A stretch of 64,000 bases of DNA, taken from assembly GCA_010909165.1 (NCBI GenBank), contig VJWM01000273.1, positions 1 to 64,000 on the forward strand. The letters run 5' to 3'. Shown in pieces: positions 13,981 through 25,670 of this stretch. This DNA comes from Anthoceros angustus. Its lineage: Eukaryota; Plantae; Anthocerotophyta. The notes beneath the pieces were generated by a model. The model was not told the origin of the DNA. It did not search any database and saw only the letters and a list, made by a program, of their open reading frames with translations. Numbering within the stretch: the first letter of the stretch is position 1; each line of letters begins with the position of its first letter. Position numbers and translations under genes: made by a program.

Positions 13981-14182
13981 GATTTCATTTCTCGAAACCG
14001 GAGAGCGACTTGAGGCCGATGACCGATTTCGACGAGGAGTTGGTGGAGGAGGAGGAGGAGGAGAAGGAGAGCATGTTGTAGACGGCCTAAGAATTGATCA
14101 GCAAGTCTTGTTGCCAGAGAGGCCAAATGAGCAAGAAGGGAGGAGGAGGAGAAGAAGCAGCAGGACAACTGGAACCGAGAGG

Positions 14183-14870
14183 AGGAGGAGGAGGAGGAGG
14201 AGGAGGAGGAGGAGGAGGCTGAAATGCTCCTCAAGGGTGAGCATGAGGGCTGCAAGTGGAGGCCACGAGTTGGCAAGAGGAGGAGGAGGAGGAGGAGGAG
14301 GAGGAGGAGGAGGAGGAGGAGGAGGAGGAGGAGGAGGAGGAGGAGGAGGAGGAGGAGGAGGAGGAGGAGGAGGAGGAGGAGGAGGAGGAGGAGGAGGAGG
14401 AGGAGGAGGAGGAGGAGGAGGAGGAGGAGGAGGAGGAGAAGAAGGATCATCACCTTTACCTTTCATGGAGGTGCAACAAGGCGAGGAGGAGGAGGAGGAG
14501 GAGGAGGAGGAGGAGGAGGAGGAGGAGGAGGAGGAGAAGAAGGATCATCACCGAGGAGGAGGAGGAGGAGGAGGAGGAGGAGGAGGAGGAGGAGGAGGAG
14601 GAGAAGAAGGAGATGGATACACGCCATCCGGAGCTACTAACGGACGCCCTAGGAGGAGGAGGAGGAGGAGGAGGAGGAGGAGATTAGAACGCGAGGGGCG
14701 TTCATGCCCGATATTTGTTGAGCGAACGAAATTCTCGGAGCATGGAATCATGCCGGATGGGTTGTCTGGAAGGGCGGTCTTTCTCCATAAAGCCGCAGCA
14801 GGACAACTGGAACCGAGAGGAGGAGGAGGAGGAGGAGGAGGAGGAGGAGGAGGAGGAGGAGGAGGCTATG
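14183..14870 (+). repeat. Cluster of (GAG)n microsatellites between RNase H and integrase
   Basis: Longest perfect run is ~14277-14437 (~160 bp); further runs at ~14483-14535, 14553-14602, 14652-14680 and 14817-14863. Confidence 0.95.
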
Positions 14871-14879
14871 CGTAAGAGG

Positions 14880-15850
14880 GGTGGACACTATTCGCAGTGA
14901 CCGTTAAGAAGATTTTGAATGCGGGTTTGTGGGCTACGATGCAAAAGGATGTGTGGAGTTCACCGAGGTGTGATGCGTGTCGAGGGTTGGACGGCCCACG
15001 TTGTCGACACAATGGCCTCTTACCTACATCTTACCGCTAGCACCGCTCGAGAAGTGGGGAATCGATTTCAGAGACCGATCAAACCACCAACGCAATGGAC
15101 TAAGAAGCAGACATTTTGGTGGCTACGGATTATTGTACAAGATGGTGGAAGTCAAGCAACGAAGAAGGAAGGACGACGACCGCAGAGCAAAATTTTATTC
15201 GAGAACATCATAACGAGGTATGGATGTCCTTTAGAGTTGGTCACGACCGGGGACACATTTCCTCAACTCGTCGAGTCCCTAACCACCTACTTCAACATTC
15301 GCATCGAAGACGACCCCTACAACCCCAAAGGCGAATGGATTGACGGAGAAGACGAATGGGTTGCTCGCACAATCCTCACCAAGGTAATCAGACGCACATG
15401 TATGATTGGGATGCTAAGTTGCATTCGCACCGTGGGCTTACAGGACATGGAGAAGGTAACCACCAAGAAGACCCTTATTATCTAACATGGCATGTCACCC
15501 GTGATGCCCGTGGAATTTGAAGTACCCACCTACAGGATCATGGAGGATGAACGATGATCAGAGAGAGATAGCTGTAGCTAGACTAGAATCATTCATAGAG
15601 CAGAGGAACGAGGAGGATGCTTTAGAAGAAACATGGATTCGTGGAACTCGTAAAAGATGCATGATGGGAGGTTGAGGAAGCAAGAGGCTATCGTGGACGG
15701 GATTTGGTTCTTCTATATGATAGTCGATACCTAGACTTTCCAGGAAGCTTAGGCTAAGATGGATGGGACCTTACGAGGTGGTCGCAGATACGAGAATGGA
15801 TCCGCAATCCTCACCAAGGCGAGGAGGAAGGCCCACGCCAAGAATGGGTG
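14880..15850 (+). pseudogene. Gypsy integrase remnant, copy 1
   Basis: GGHYSQ (His of the zinc finger), PLTYILPLAPLEKWGIDF, LVATDYCTRW, ENIITRYGCP.ELV, PVMPVEFEVPT and GPYEVV, with multiple frameshifts. Confidence 0.88.
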
Positions 15851-15859
15851 GAAGGTCAA

Positions 15860-16770
15860 GAAGTACCTCACCGAGGTGTGATGCGTGTCGAGGGTTGGGC
15901 GCCCACGTTGACACAATGGCCTCTTACCTACATCTTACCGCTAGCACCGCTCGAGAAGTGGGGAATCGATTTCAGAGGACCGATCAAACCACCAACGCAA
16001 TGGACGAGAAGCAGACATTTTGGTGGCTACGGATTATTGTACAAGATGGTGGAAGTCAAGCAAGGAAGGAAGGACGACGACCGCAGAGGCCAATTTTATT
16101 CGAGAACATCATAACTGTATGGATGTCCTTTAGAGTTGGTCACGACACATTTCCTCAACTCGTCGAGTCCCTAACCACCTACTTCAACATTCGCATCGAA
16201 GACGACCCCTACAACCCCAAAGGCGAATGGATTGACGGAGAAGACGAATGGGTTGCTCGCACAATCCTCACCAAGGTAATCAGACGCACATGTATGATTG
16301 GGATGCTAAGTTGCATTCGCAGGCTTACAGGACCGCTGGAGAAGGTAACCACCAAGAAGACCCCTTATTATCTAACATATGGCATGTCACCCGTGATGCC
16401 CGTGGAATTTGAAGTACCCACCTCTGGATCATGGAGGATGAACGATGATCAGAGGATAGTCGTAGCTAGACTAGAATCATTCATAGAGCAGAGGAAGGAG
16501 GAGGAGGATGCTTTAGAAGAAACCAGATTCGTGAACTCGTAAAAGATGCATGATGGGAGGTTGAGGAAGCAAGAGGCTATCGTGGACGGGATTTGGTTCT
16601 TCTATATGATAGTCGATACCTAGACTTTCCAGGAAGCTTAGGCTAAGATGGATGGGACCTTACGAGGTGGTCGCAGATACGAGAATGGATCCGTAACTCC
16701 GCACGGGGAGCCGACCAGTAATGGGTGGAAGGTCAAGAAGTACCTCACCGAGTACCTGTTTGGAGGACGC
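15860..16770 (+). pseudogene. Gypsy integrase remnant, copy 2 (tandem ~0.9-kb duplication)
   Basis: Near-identical to 14960-15860. The junction shares TCACCGAG at ~15861-15868. Confidence 0.88.
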
Positions 16771-16777
16771 AAACAGT

Positions 16778-17290
16778 GAGGTGGGGAGTATGTGGAACTA
16801 AAAGTTTGGGCAACCAGCCCAAAAGAGCCAAGACAACAAGTTTGATTTTTTTGGCTAAGAACGATTGAAGAGGAGCATGCCAAGAAATTTTCTCGAGAAT
16901 CTTGAAGTCGGAGTTGTAGGATATTGTTAGGAAGGAAGAGGATATCCCAGAAGAAGAACGGGTCAAACGACCCCGACGAGGAGGAGGAGGAGGAGGAGGA
17001 AGGAAGGAAGGAAGGAAGGAGGTCGCCACACCACGCCGTAGGTCGAGAAGGGAGCGCATTACCGTGTAAGCCGCGTATCACCTGATCGACAATCTCGCCA
17101 AAAAGGAAATTAGAATAGGAGGAAGAGGATATCCACTATATATGCTCACCAATAGGGAATAAATATATAGAGTAATTAGAAGAAGGAAGGAGGAGGAGGA
17201 AGCAAGAGGAGGAGGAGGAGAAGGTAGATAGAATTAGGATTTTGGAATGATGAACCAATCTAGGGTTGGGCCTCCGTGGCACATCCAAAG
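16778..17290 (+). repeat. Gypsy PPT and LTR copy B
   Basis: GAGGTGGGGAGTA then TGTGGAAC at 16791; colinear with 3415-3850. Confidence 0.8.
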
Positions 17291-20200
17291 AGGGCAAAGT
17301 GCTTTGGGCAACCAGCCCAAAAGAGCCAAGACAACAAGTTTGATTTTTTTGGCTAGAACGATTGAAGAGGAGGAGGAGGAGGAGAAGGAAGGAGGAGAAG
17401 GAGCCGCCATCGCCATCGCCGCCGCCGCCATCGAAGAAAGGCGAGGAGGAGGAGGAAGCAAGAGGAGGAGAAGAAGAAGAAGAAGAAGAAGAAGGAAGGA
17501 GGAGGAGGAGGAAGAGGATATCCCAGAAGAAGAAGAAGAAGAAGGAAGCAAGAGGAGGAGGAGGAAGGAAGGAGGAGAAGGAGGAGGAGAAGAGGAGCAT
17601 GCCAAGAATGGCTGGAAGACCGAGAGCATCAAGGAGTCAAGTGGAGGCTCTTCCTCGACATGATGGATGGAGGAAGAGGATATCCCAGAAGAAGAAGGAA
17701 GGAGGAGGAGGAAGGAGGAGAAGGTAACCACCAACGCAATGGAGGAAGAGGAGCATGCCAAGAGGAGGAGGAGGAAGAGGAGCATGCCAAGAGGAGGAGA
17801 AGGAGGAGAAGGTAACCACCAAGAAGGATATCCCAGAAGAAGAAGAAGAAGAAGAAGAAGGAAGCAAGAGGAGGAGAAGGAGGAGAAGGAGCTTGATGCC
17901 CCAATTCACTTGCTTTGGGCAACCAGCCCAAAAGAGCCAAGACAACAAGTTTGATTTTTTTGGCTAGAACGATTGAAGAGGAGGAGAACATTGGGATGGG
18001 TGTATGGCCGCCAATGGGCCTACACCAATTTGGAATTGATTGAGGAGTGTTACATCAACCTCCATCAATCGGAAGCGCCGAGGAAGGAGGAGGAGAGCTC
18101 GAATTGCTCTCCTCGAAAGGTCGAATGGAGGAAGGCCCACGCCAAGAATGGCTGGAAGACCGGAGGAAGAGAGCTCGAATTGCTCTCCTCGAAAGGTCGA
18201 ATGGAGGAAGAGGATGCCTCCGACATCCCGCAGGAGTTCCTCGACATGATGGATGGAGGAGGAAGGCCCACGCCAAGAATGGCTGGAAGACCGAGAGCAT
18301 CAAGGAGTCAAGTGGAGGCTCTTCAAAGATTGTGCTGGGGTTGGTAAATTACCAACGACTCTTATTTCAAAGACCAACTTCCTCCAATTTTGTGGAAGAT
18401 TTCCATGGGAGCCAAGCGATTGGGGACCATCATGTATGAGGCCTACATCCACCACCGAGAGAAGCTCCTCAAGCCAAATTCGTGGATGAGGAAGGCCAAG
18501 GCCTGCTACCTTAGCACCTATTTGGTGCATTTATGGGAAACCGAGGGACTTCTCACAAGCAAGGAGCTTGAAGATGCATGGCATCCCTTTGAGGTCATCC
18601 ATCTCCACCGAGGTTGGAAAGGCCTTTGCCTTTGCATTGAGGAAGACGGGAGGTCGACTCCACAAGCATGCTAGAAGCAAGAGGAGAAGTGGAGGCAACA
18701 AGGTTGCCGAGTGGGAATCTTTCCCCACAGTGAGCAAGCAAGGGAGGAGGAGGAGGAAGGCCCACGCCAAGAAGGCCGAATGGTGGTCTATGAGAGAAGG
18801 AGAAGGAGAGGAAGTGAAATCTCAAGGAGTGGGGGAGTCCCCACCATCTCCTTTGTGCCTACGAGAGGCACCCCACGCCAAGAATGGCTGGAAGACCGAG
18901 AGCATCAAGGAGTCAAGTGGAGAAGCTCCTCAAGCCAAATTCGTGGATGAGGAAGGCCCACGCCAAGAATGGCTGGAAGACCGAGAGCATCAAGGAGTCA
19001 AGTGGAGAAGGAGAAGCTCCTCAAGCCAAATTCGTGGATGAGGAAGGGAAGGAGAAGAACGCGAGGGCCGGGCGGCGCCGAGGCCACCATCTCCGCTACT
19101 GGGTGGGAGAGCGGATGGAGCGAGGAAGGCCCACGCCAAGAATGGCTGGAAGACCGAGGAGGAGAGCTGGAAATTTCCAAAGAAGAAGAAGAGGGGTGGA
19201 ATTAGGACCCCTAGGAGATTTGCTGAGTGCTTGTGAAGCACTCAGCCGTGTGGACTTAAAGGGAGCTAGGGAACTAGCGGCTTCCTTGTGGGCATGCCAA
19301 GAGGAAGTGAAATCCCAAGACATGGCCGGAGGAAGGCAGGGACCAAATGGCAATTGGAGGCCATGGAGTCCGATGAAAAGGCAGCCAAATTGGAAAAGGT
19401 CAGGAGAAGCTCCTCAAGCCAAATTCGTGGATGAGGAAGGGAAGGAGAAGGTCCTGAGGAAGGTGTCGCAGTCAAGAAAGAGCCATTCGCAACAACCCAA
19501 CGGATTCATGGAGGAAGAGGAGGAGCATTTTGCCCAATTAGAGCAAGAGGAGGAGGAAGGCCGAATGGTGGTCTATGAGAGAAGGAGGAAGGCAGGGACC
19601 AAATGGCAATTGGAGGCCATGGAGTCCGATGAAAAGGCAGCCAAGCCATCAAGATCCGGACATGGAAGAGGAGGAGGAGGAGCATTTTGCCCAATTAGAG
19701 CAAGAGGAGGAGGAAGAGGAAGTGAAATCTCAAGACATGGCCGGAGGAAGGCCCACGCCAAGAATGGCTGGAAGACCGAGGAGGAGGAGGAGCATTTTGC
19801 CCAATTAGAGCAAGAGGAGGAGAGCTGGAACAAAGGAGGTCCAGAGGAGGAGCCACAAGAAGGTGGTGCAGCCAGAGGAGGAGGAGGAAGGTTTTGTGGA
19901 CTATGCCCTTCGTGCAAAATTGGCCAACCAAAAGGAAGTGAGGGAGGAGAATGTACCTCCATGTCAAGGTGGGGAATTGACCACCTCAAGGGACGCCTAC
20001 AAAGGTAGGTGTGAAGATGGAGAGTGGCCCACGAGATTGATGATCTCCAAATGCAATATCATAGCTTGGGGCTCACCTCCACAATAGATTTGAAGGCCAA
20101 CAATGAGTCTGCTTGGCCAAGAGGAGGACATTGGGTCCTCATGATGATGATGAAGGAGCCGCAACAGTGCAGCCAGAGGCCTCCGATTTTGATGAGGCCA

Positions 20201-23200
20201 TCAAAATCCGGACATGGAAGGAGGAGAAGAAGGAGAAGCTCCTCAAGCCAAATTCGTGGATGAGGAAGGGAAGGAGAAGCTCCTCAAGCCAAATTCGTGG
20301 ATGAGGAAGAGGAGGAGGAGGAGGAGCATTTTGCCCAATTAGAGCAAGAGGAGGAGGAAGGCAGGGACCAAATGGCAATTGGAACAAAGGAGGTCCAGAG
20401 GAGGAGCCACAAGAAGGTGGTGCATGAATGCCGGTAGTGAGGAAGCGGTTTTTGACTATGCCCTTCGTGCAAAATTGGCCAACCAAAAGGAAGTGAGGGA
20501 GGAGAATGTGACCTCCATGTCAAGGTGGGGAATTGACCACCTCAAGGGACGCCTACAAAGGTAGGTGTGAAGATGGAGAGTGGCCCACGAGATTGATGAT
20601 CTCCAAATGCAATATCATAGCTTGGGGCTCACCTCCACAATAGAATTTTGAAGGCCAACAATGAAGTCTGCTTGGCCAAGAGGAGGACATTGGGTCCTCA
20701 TGATGATGATGAAGGAGCCGCAACAGTGCAGCCAGAGGCCTCCGATTTTGATGAGGCCATCAAATGGACTCCGAGGAACTGAGGAGTCGGGAGAGGAGGA
20801 GGAGGAGCATGCCAAGAGGAGGAAGGGCAAGAGCAAAAGGAGGGGGGAAAGCCCACCTCCGGGGTCAACCTACCACGGTAGGTGACCACCTACCACGGTA
20901 GTCCGCTGATCACGTGACACCACGCCGTAGTCCGCTGGGTGGTGGGAGAGCGGATGGAGGAAGGAGGTCCAGAGGAGGACATTGGGTCCTCATGATGATG
21001 AAGGAGCCGGGGTCCAGAGGAGGAGCATTTTGCCCAATTAGAGCAAGAGGAGGAGAAGGTGGTGGGAGAGACAACCCCACCGGAGGAGACTAAGGACGGG
21101 TCCACCGCCGAGGAAGGGGAGGGTGAGAAGCTCCTCAAGCCAAATTCGTGGATGAGGAAGGAGGTCCAGAGGAGGAGGAGCATTTTGCCCAATTAGAGCA
21201 AGAGGAGGAGCATTTTGCCCAATTAGAGCAAGAGGAGGAGCATTTTGCCCAATTAGAGCAAGGAGCTTGAAGATGCTCCATGATAGGTATGGACAAATTA
21301 AACAAGAGGAAAGGAGCAAGAGGAGGAGCATTTTGCCCAATTAGAGCAAGAGGAGGAGAAGGAGAAGGAGAGGAAGGGCCGACTACCATGGTAGGTGACC
21401 ACCACGCCGTAGTCCGCGACTACCGCGTAGGGTGCGATGAACGGGCGCCACCCAAGGGAGGAGAGGAAAGGAGGTCCAGAGGAGGAGGAAGGGCAAGAGC
21501 AAAAGGAGGGCGAGGGAGCCAATCCACAAGGGACGCCTACAAAGGTAGGTGTGAAGATGGAGGAAGGGCAAGATTGTACTTGCCCCACACATTAGGAAGG
21601 CGACAAGATCCGGGAAGGGCAAGAGCAAAAGGAGGGCGAGGGAGCCAATCCACAAGGGACGCCTACAAAGGTAGGTGTGAAGATGGAGGAAGAAGAATGG
21701 TCAATGACCATAAATGCTAGAAGCAAGAGGAGGAAGAGGAAGTGAGGGAGGTTGTATGTGGAAGGCCTCCTATAAGAGGAGGAGGATGACTTAGGTGAAG
21801 TTACTAGAATAGAATTTACCAAGGATGCATAATAGATTTGAAGGCCAACAATGAGATCTTACGGCCAAGAGGAGGACATTGGGTCCTCATGATGATGATG
21901 ATGAAGGAGCCGCAAGTGCAGCCAGAGGCCTCCGATTTTGATGAGGCCATCACAAATGGACTCCGAGGAACTGAGGAGTCGAGAGGTGGAGGGCCGAGCG
22001 CCAAAGGTAGGTGTGAAGATGGAGGAAGGGCAAGAGCAAAAGGAGGGGGGAAAGCCCACCTCCGGGGTCAACCTACCACGGTAGGTGACCACCTACCACG
22101 GTAGTCCGCTGATCACGTGACACCACGCCGTAGTCCGCTGGGTGGTGGGAGAGCGGATGGAGGAAGGAGGTCCAGAGGAGGACATTGGGTCCTCATGATG
22201 ATGAAGGAGCCGGGGTCCAGAGGAGGAAGAGGAGGAGCAGCTGGGTGGTGGGAGAGACAACCCCACCGGAGGAGACTAAGGACGGGTCCACCGAGGAAGG
22301 GGAGGGTGAGAAGCTCCTCAAGCCAAATTCGTGGATGAGGAAGGAGGTCCAGAGGAGGAGGAGGAAGGGCAAGAGCAAAAGGAGGGCGAGGAGGAGCATT
22401 TTGCCCAATTAGAGCAAGAGGAGGAAGAAGAAGATGCTCCATGATAGGTATGGACAAATTAAACAAGAGGAGGAAGAGGAAGTGAAATCTCAAGACCGAG
22501 AGCATCAAGGAGTCAAGTGGAGAAGGAGAAGGAGATAGGGCCGACTACCATGGTAGGTGACCACCACGCCGTAGTCCGCTGCATCACCGCGTAGGGTGCG
22601 ATGAATGGGCCACCAGCGGATGGAGGAAGGGCAAGAGCAAAAGGAGGGCGAGGAGGAGGATTTCACAAAGTAAAGTATCATGTCTTGCGCCCACGCCAAG
22701 AAGGAGGAAGGGGCAGATTGTACTTGCCCCACACATTAGGAAGGCGACAAGATCCGGGAAGGGCAAGAGCAAAAGGAGGGCGAGGGAGCCAATCCACAAG
22801 GGACGCCTACAAAGGTAGGTGTGAAGATGGAGGAAGAAGAATGGTCAATGACCATAAATGCTAGAAGCAAGAGGAAGTGAGGGAGGTTGTATGTGGAAGG
22901 CCTCCTATAAGAGGAGGAGGATGACTTAGGTGAAGTTACTAGAATAGAATTTACCAAGGATGCATAATAGACTTAGGTGACATTAAATGTCATGTAGGAA
23001 ATAATAGAATTGGAAAAGGTGACCGCAGAGGGTCACCCAAGGGAGGTTGTATGTGGAAGGCCTCCTATAAGAGGAGGAGGATTTCACAAAGTAAAGTATC
23101 ATGTCTTGCGCCCACGCCATCGAGTCCTTTGCCATTACAGAGGAATTTCACCGTGAGCCAACGCAGTCTGTAGAGAGGAAGTCGCGTGGTCTGAGTGCTT

Positions 23201-23960
23201 GGTGGAGGACTTGCTCCAAGTGCCTAAACGAGTTGCTCCCTTGTGAATGGTTGTTGTGAAATTGCTTTGCTTTGGGTGTGTGGCAAATGCCCAGAACTCT
23301 TGAGGGTAGACTACAGGAAAGACTCGAGGTTCTCACGTGTCAAACTCATAGCAACCGCCCAAGGAAGAACTTGCTGGTGGAGGCCGACCCTGTGCAGCCA
23401 GAGGAGGATTTCACAAAGTAAAGTATCATGTCTTGCGCCCACGCCAAGAAGCCCGAACTGAGGTTAGAATAGGAGGAAGAGGATGAGGAGATGAGAAGAT
23501 GAGTAGAGGATTAGAGGTGTAGGTGTTAGTGGAAGGCCACAGGCAGAGCCTAAGGGACGAATCCCAAATCTGCAAGTAAAAGAGCGCTCCCTGAGTGGAG
23601 AAGAGTGGTCTTAGAAGTAGGGACGAAATCGCGGTGTGGATCAGGGGGTCCCTGGGCGCCCGTGATAGGCTCCTCGCTGCTGAGGCAGGACCTGCAATTG
23701 TTTTGTGTCGTTGTAGGTCGAGGATTGGCGATTTTTCAAGCAAGGAGAAGCAAGAGGAGGAGGAAGAGGGAGAGTAGAGGATTAGAGGTGTAGGTGTTAG
23801 TGGAAGGCCTCCTATAAGAGGAGGAGCATTTTGCCCAATTAGAGCAAGAGGAGGAAGGCCAAGGCCTCGAACTTTCACACAAGTCTCATGGGACGAAACC
23901 CAACGTACGAAACGATAGTGGGATAAGTGTGGCCGCTATAGTGGGAGGACCTCGGGAGTG
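17290..23960 (+). mobile_element. Second, truncated gypsy internal region (extra ORF plus spacer, no pol)
   Basis: Colinear with copy A: 17985~4441, 18280-18870~4700-5300, 19050-19500~5440-5860, 19830-20920~6560-7150, 23040-23960~8040-8945. Ends at GGGAGTGCCCC ~23955-23965. Confidence 0.7.
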
Positions 23961-24846
23961 CCCCGGGTTTTCCCTACCACAGAGGGTAGGGAAAACCCGG
24001 GGCCTCATCTCAATGTGAGAGAGTTACTCTTGCATCCTCCTCTCCTCTCCTCTTTCCACCATCATGGGCTGCCATACGATCCTTCACTCTCTGACCCCTT
24101 CCGCTTGCACTGTGAGAGTTGCTCGTTCGAAGAGGACATGGGGCTCTTGAAATTCTCCTCCCATTTGGTGCACAGGTCACCGCATCTACCTCAGATAAAA
24201 TCGGCAAGCACTCGCCATGCTCACCAGCAAGTCGCCACAACAACCGAAATAGCTTGTGCAAGTGATTGGCACACGTGGCAATCGCCTTTAGGAACAAGAA
24301 TCGGCAAAGCAGTGCACAAGTTGGTGCAAGTCGATAGCACATGTCGCACAAGTAATGGGTGTGAAAGCTACATTATATTTTAATTTCATGGAGGAAGAGC
24401 CGTGAGAATTGAGAGGGTTGTGCTTTCCACCAAACTTTAAAATGGCGAAAGAATGCCCATGGCCGGCGATGAGATGATGGGATGGGTGTGAGGATGGGAT
24501 CGTGAATCCATAATGAAGCCGCGTTCCGCTCAATTTTGTTATAATGATAACAAAGACGCGCCACCAAGCCCGTGTGCCTTTAGTCATGCACTGTGTTCGA
24601 ATCTATATGGTAGCCAAGGCCTGTAATAATAAAATATTGGCACCGCTTAAGCGGCTGTGAAACCGCCATGTTGGCAAGACCAGATCACCAACTTGGTGTA
24701 GCCTTGTGTCAGGCATGATGTACATTTGGACTTGCGATGAGATTCACAGCGCACTATGCTGTAACTTCACTTACTCTCAACTTACAACATCCAAAGTAGC
24801 AACCAAGGCACTTTGAAAGCTACATGATATTTTAAATTCATCTATG

Positions 24847-25245
24847 GAAGTCGGTCCCCATCCAGTCTTGATCCGCCTCCGCTTAACCGCAAGTAATGGG
24901 TGTGAAAGCTACATTATATTTTAATTTCATGGAGGAAGTCGGTCCCCATCCAGTCTTGATCCGCCTCTCAACTGCAAGTAATGGGTGTGAAATCTACATG
25001 ATATGTTATATTCATCAAGGGAAGTCGGTCCCCATCCAGTCTTGATCCACCCTCCGCTTAATTGCAAGTAATGGGTGTGAAAGCTACATGATACTTTAAA
25101 TTCATCAAGGGAAGTCGGTCCCCATCCAGTCTTGATCCATCCTCCGCTTAATTGCAAGTAATGGGTGTGAAAGCTACATGATATTCTAAATTCATCAAGG
25201 GAAGTCGGTCCCCATCCAGTCTTGATCCACCCTCCGCTTAACCGC
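24847..25245. repeat. 86-90 bp tandem minisatellite, ~4.5 copies
   Basis: GAAGTCGGTCCCCATCCAGTCTTGATCC starts at 24847, 24935, 25021, 25111 and 25201. Partial copies lie at ~24351-24398 and ~25813-25850. Confidence 0.92.
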
Positions 25246-25670
25246 AACTTCGGATTTGGAAGACCGACGCATTGATGAGGCTTATTAGGTGAATGAGGAT
25301 GCAAAAGCGGCGCGCAAGAAGTATACTCCCGTAGTGCTCCCATAGTAGTACCGAGGCAAAAGATTGAGGGGTCCACACATAAATATATGTCATTATGAAG
25401 TTCATCATGATGCTCGAGGCCCAAGGCTTCCTTTTCTTGGTAATGAAGGTAGCTTCTAATGGGGTTGATATTAGAACATGAGCATACTCGTGATCCGCGA
25501 GCGATTGTGAGCATCTGGTTTGCATCATTTTGGCGCGAAAAGCAAAACGCCCACGAGCCTATGCCCCGCAACCGCTGGCGATATCAGTTAGCATTCTTCT
25601 CGGGTGGAGCGCCATTCTTTGTAGAGATAATTCACCTTATTCATTGCTTCGGTGTCACGAGTCTGCTACA

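Larger units (their letters stand above)
3415..17290 (+). mobile_element. Ty3/gypsy LTR retrotransposon (~13.4-kb unit) with an extra ORF upstream of gag; sequence scrambled
   Basis: Two LTR copies bracket gag-PR-RT-RH-IN in gypsy order. The PPT GAGGTGGGGAGTA lies directly before TGTGGAAC at 16791. Confidence 0.85.

Noticed and set aside
13941-14875. Long poly-E/G/R/P/L ORFs (e.g. 13976-14875, 299 aa)
   Set aside because: These are translations of (GAG)n runs, open in most frames on both strands, with no real domain.
3783-23878. Dozens of 60-370 aa Arg/Glu/Gly-rich ORFs in the mosaic
   Set aside because: They arise from stop-poor purine-rich repeated phrases; only the retroelement motifs are supportable.
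24847-25245. CRISPR-like appearance of regular ~90-bp units
   Set aside because: Whole units are repeated with no unique spacers, there are no cas genes, and the context is eukaryotic.
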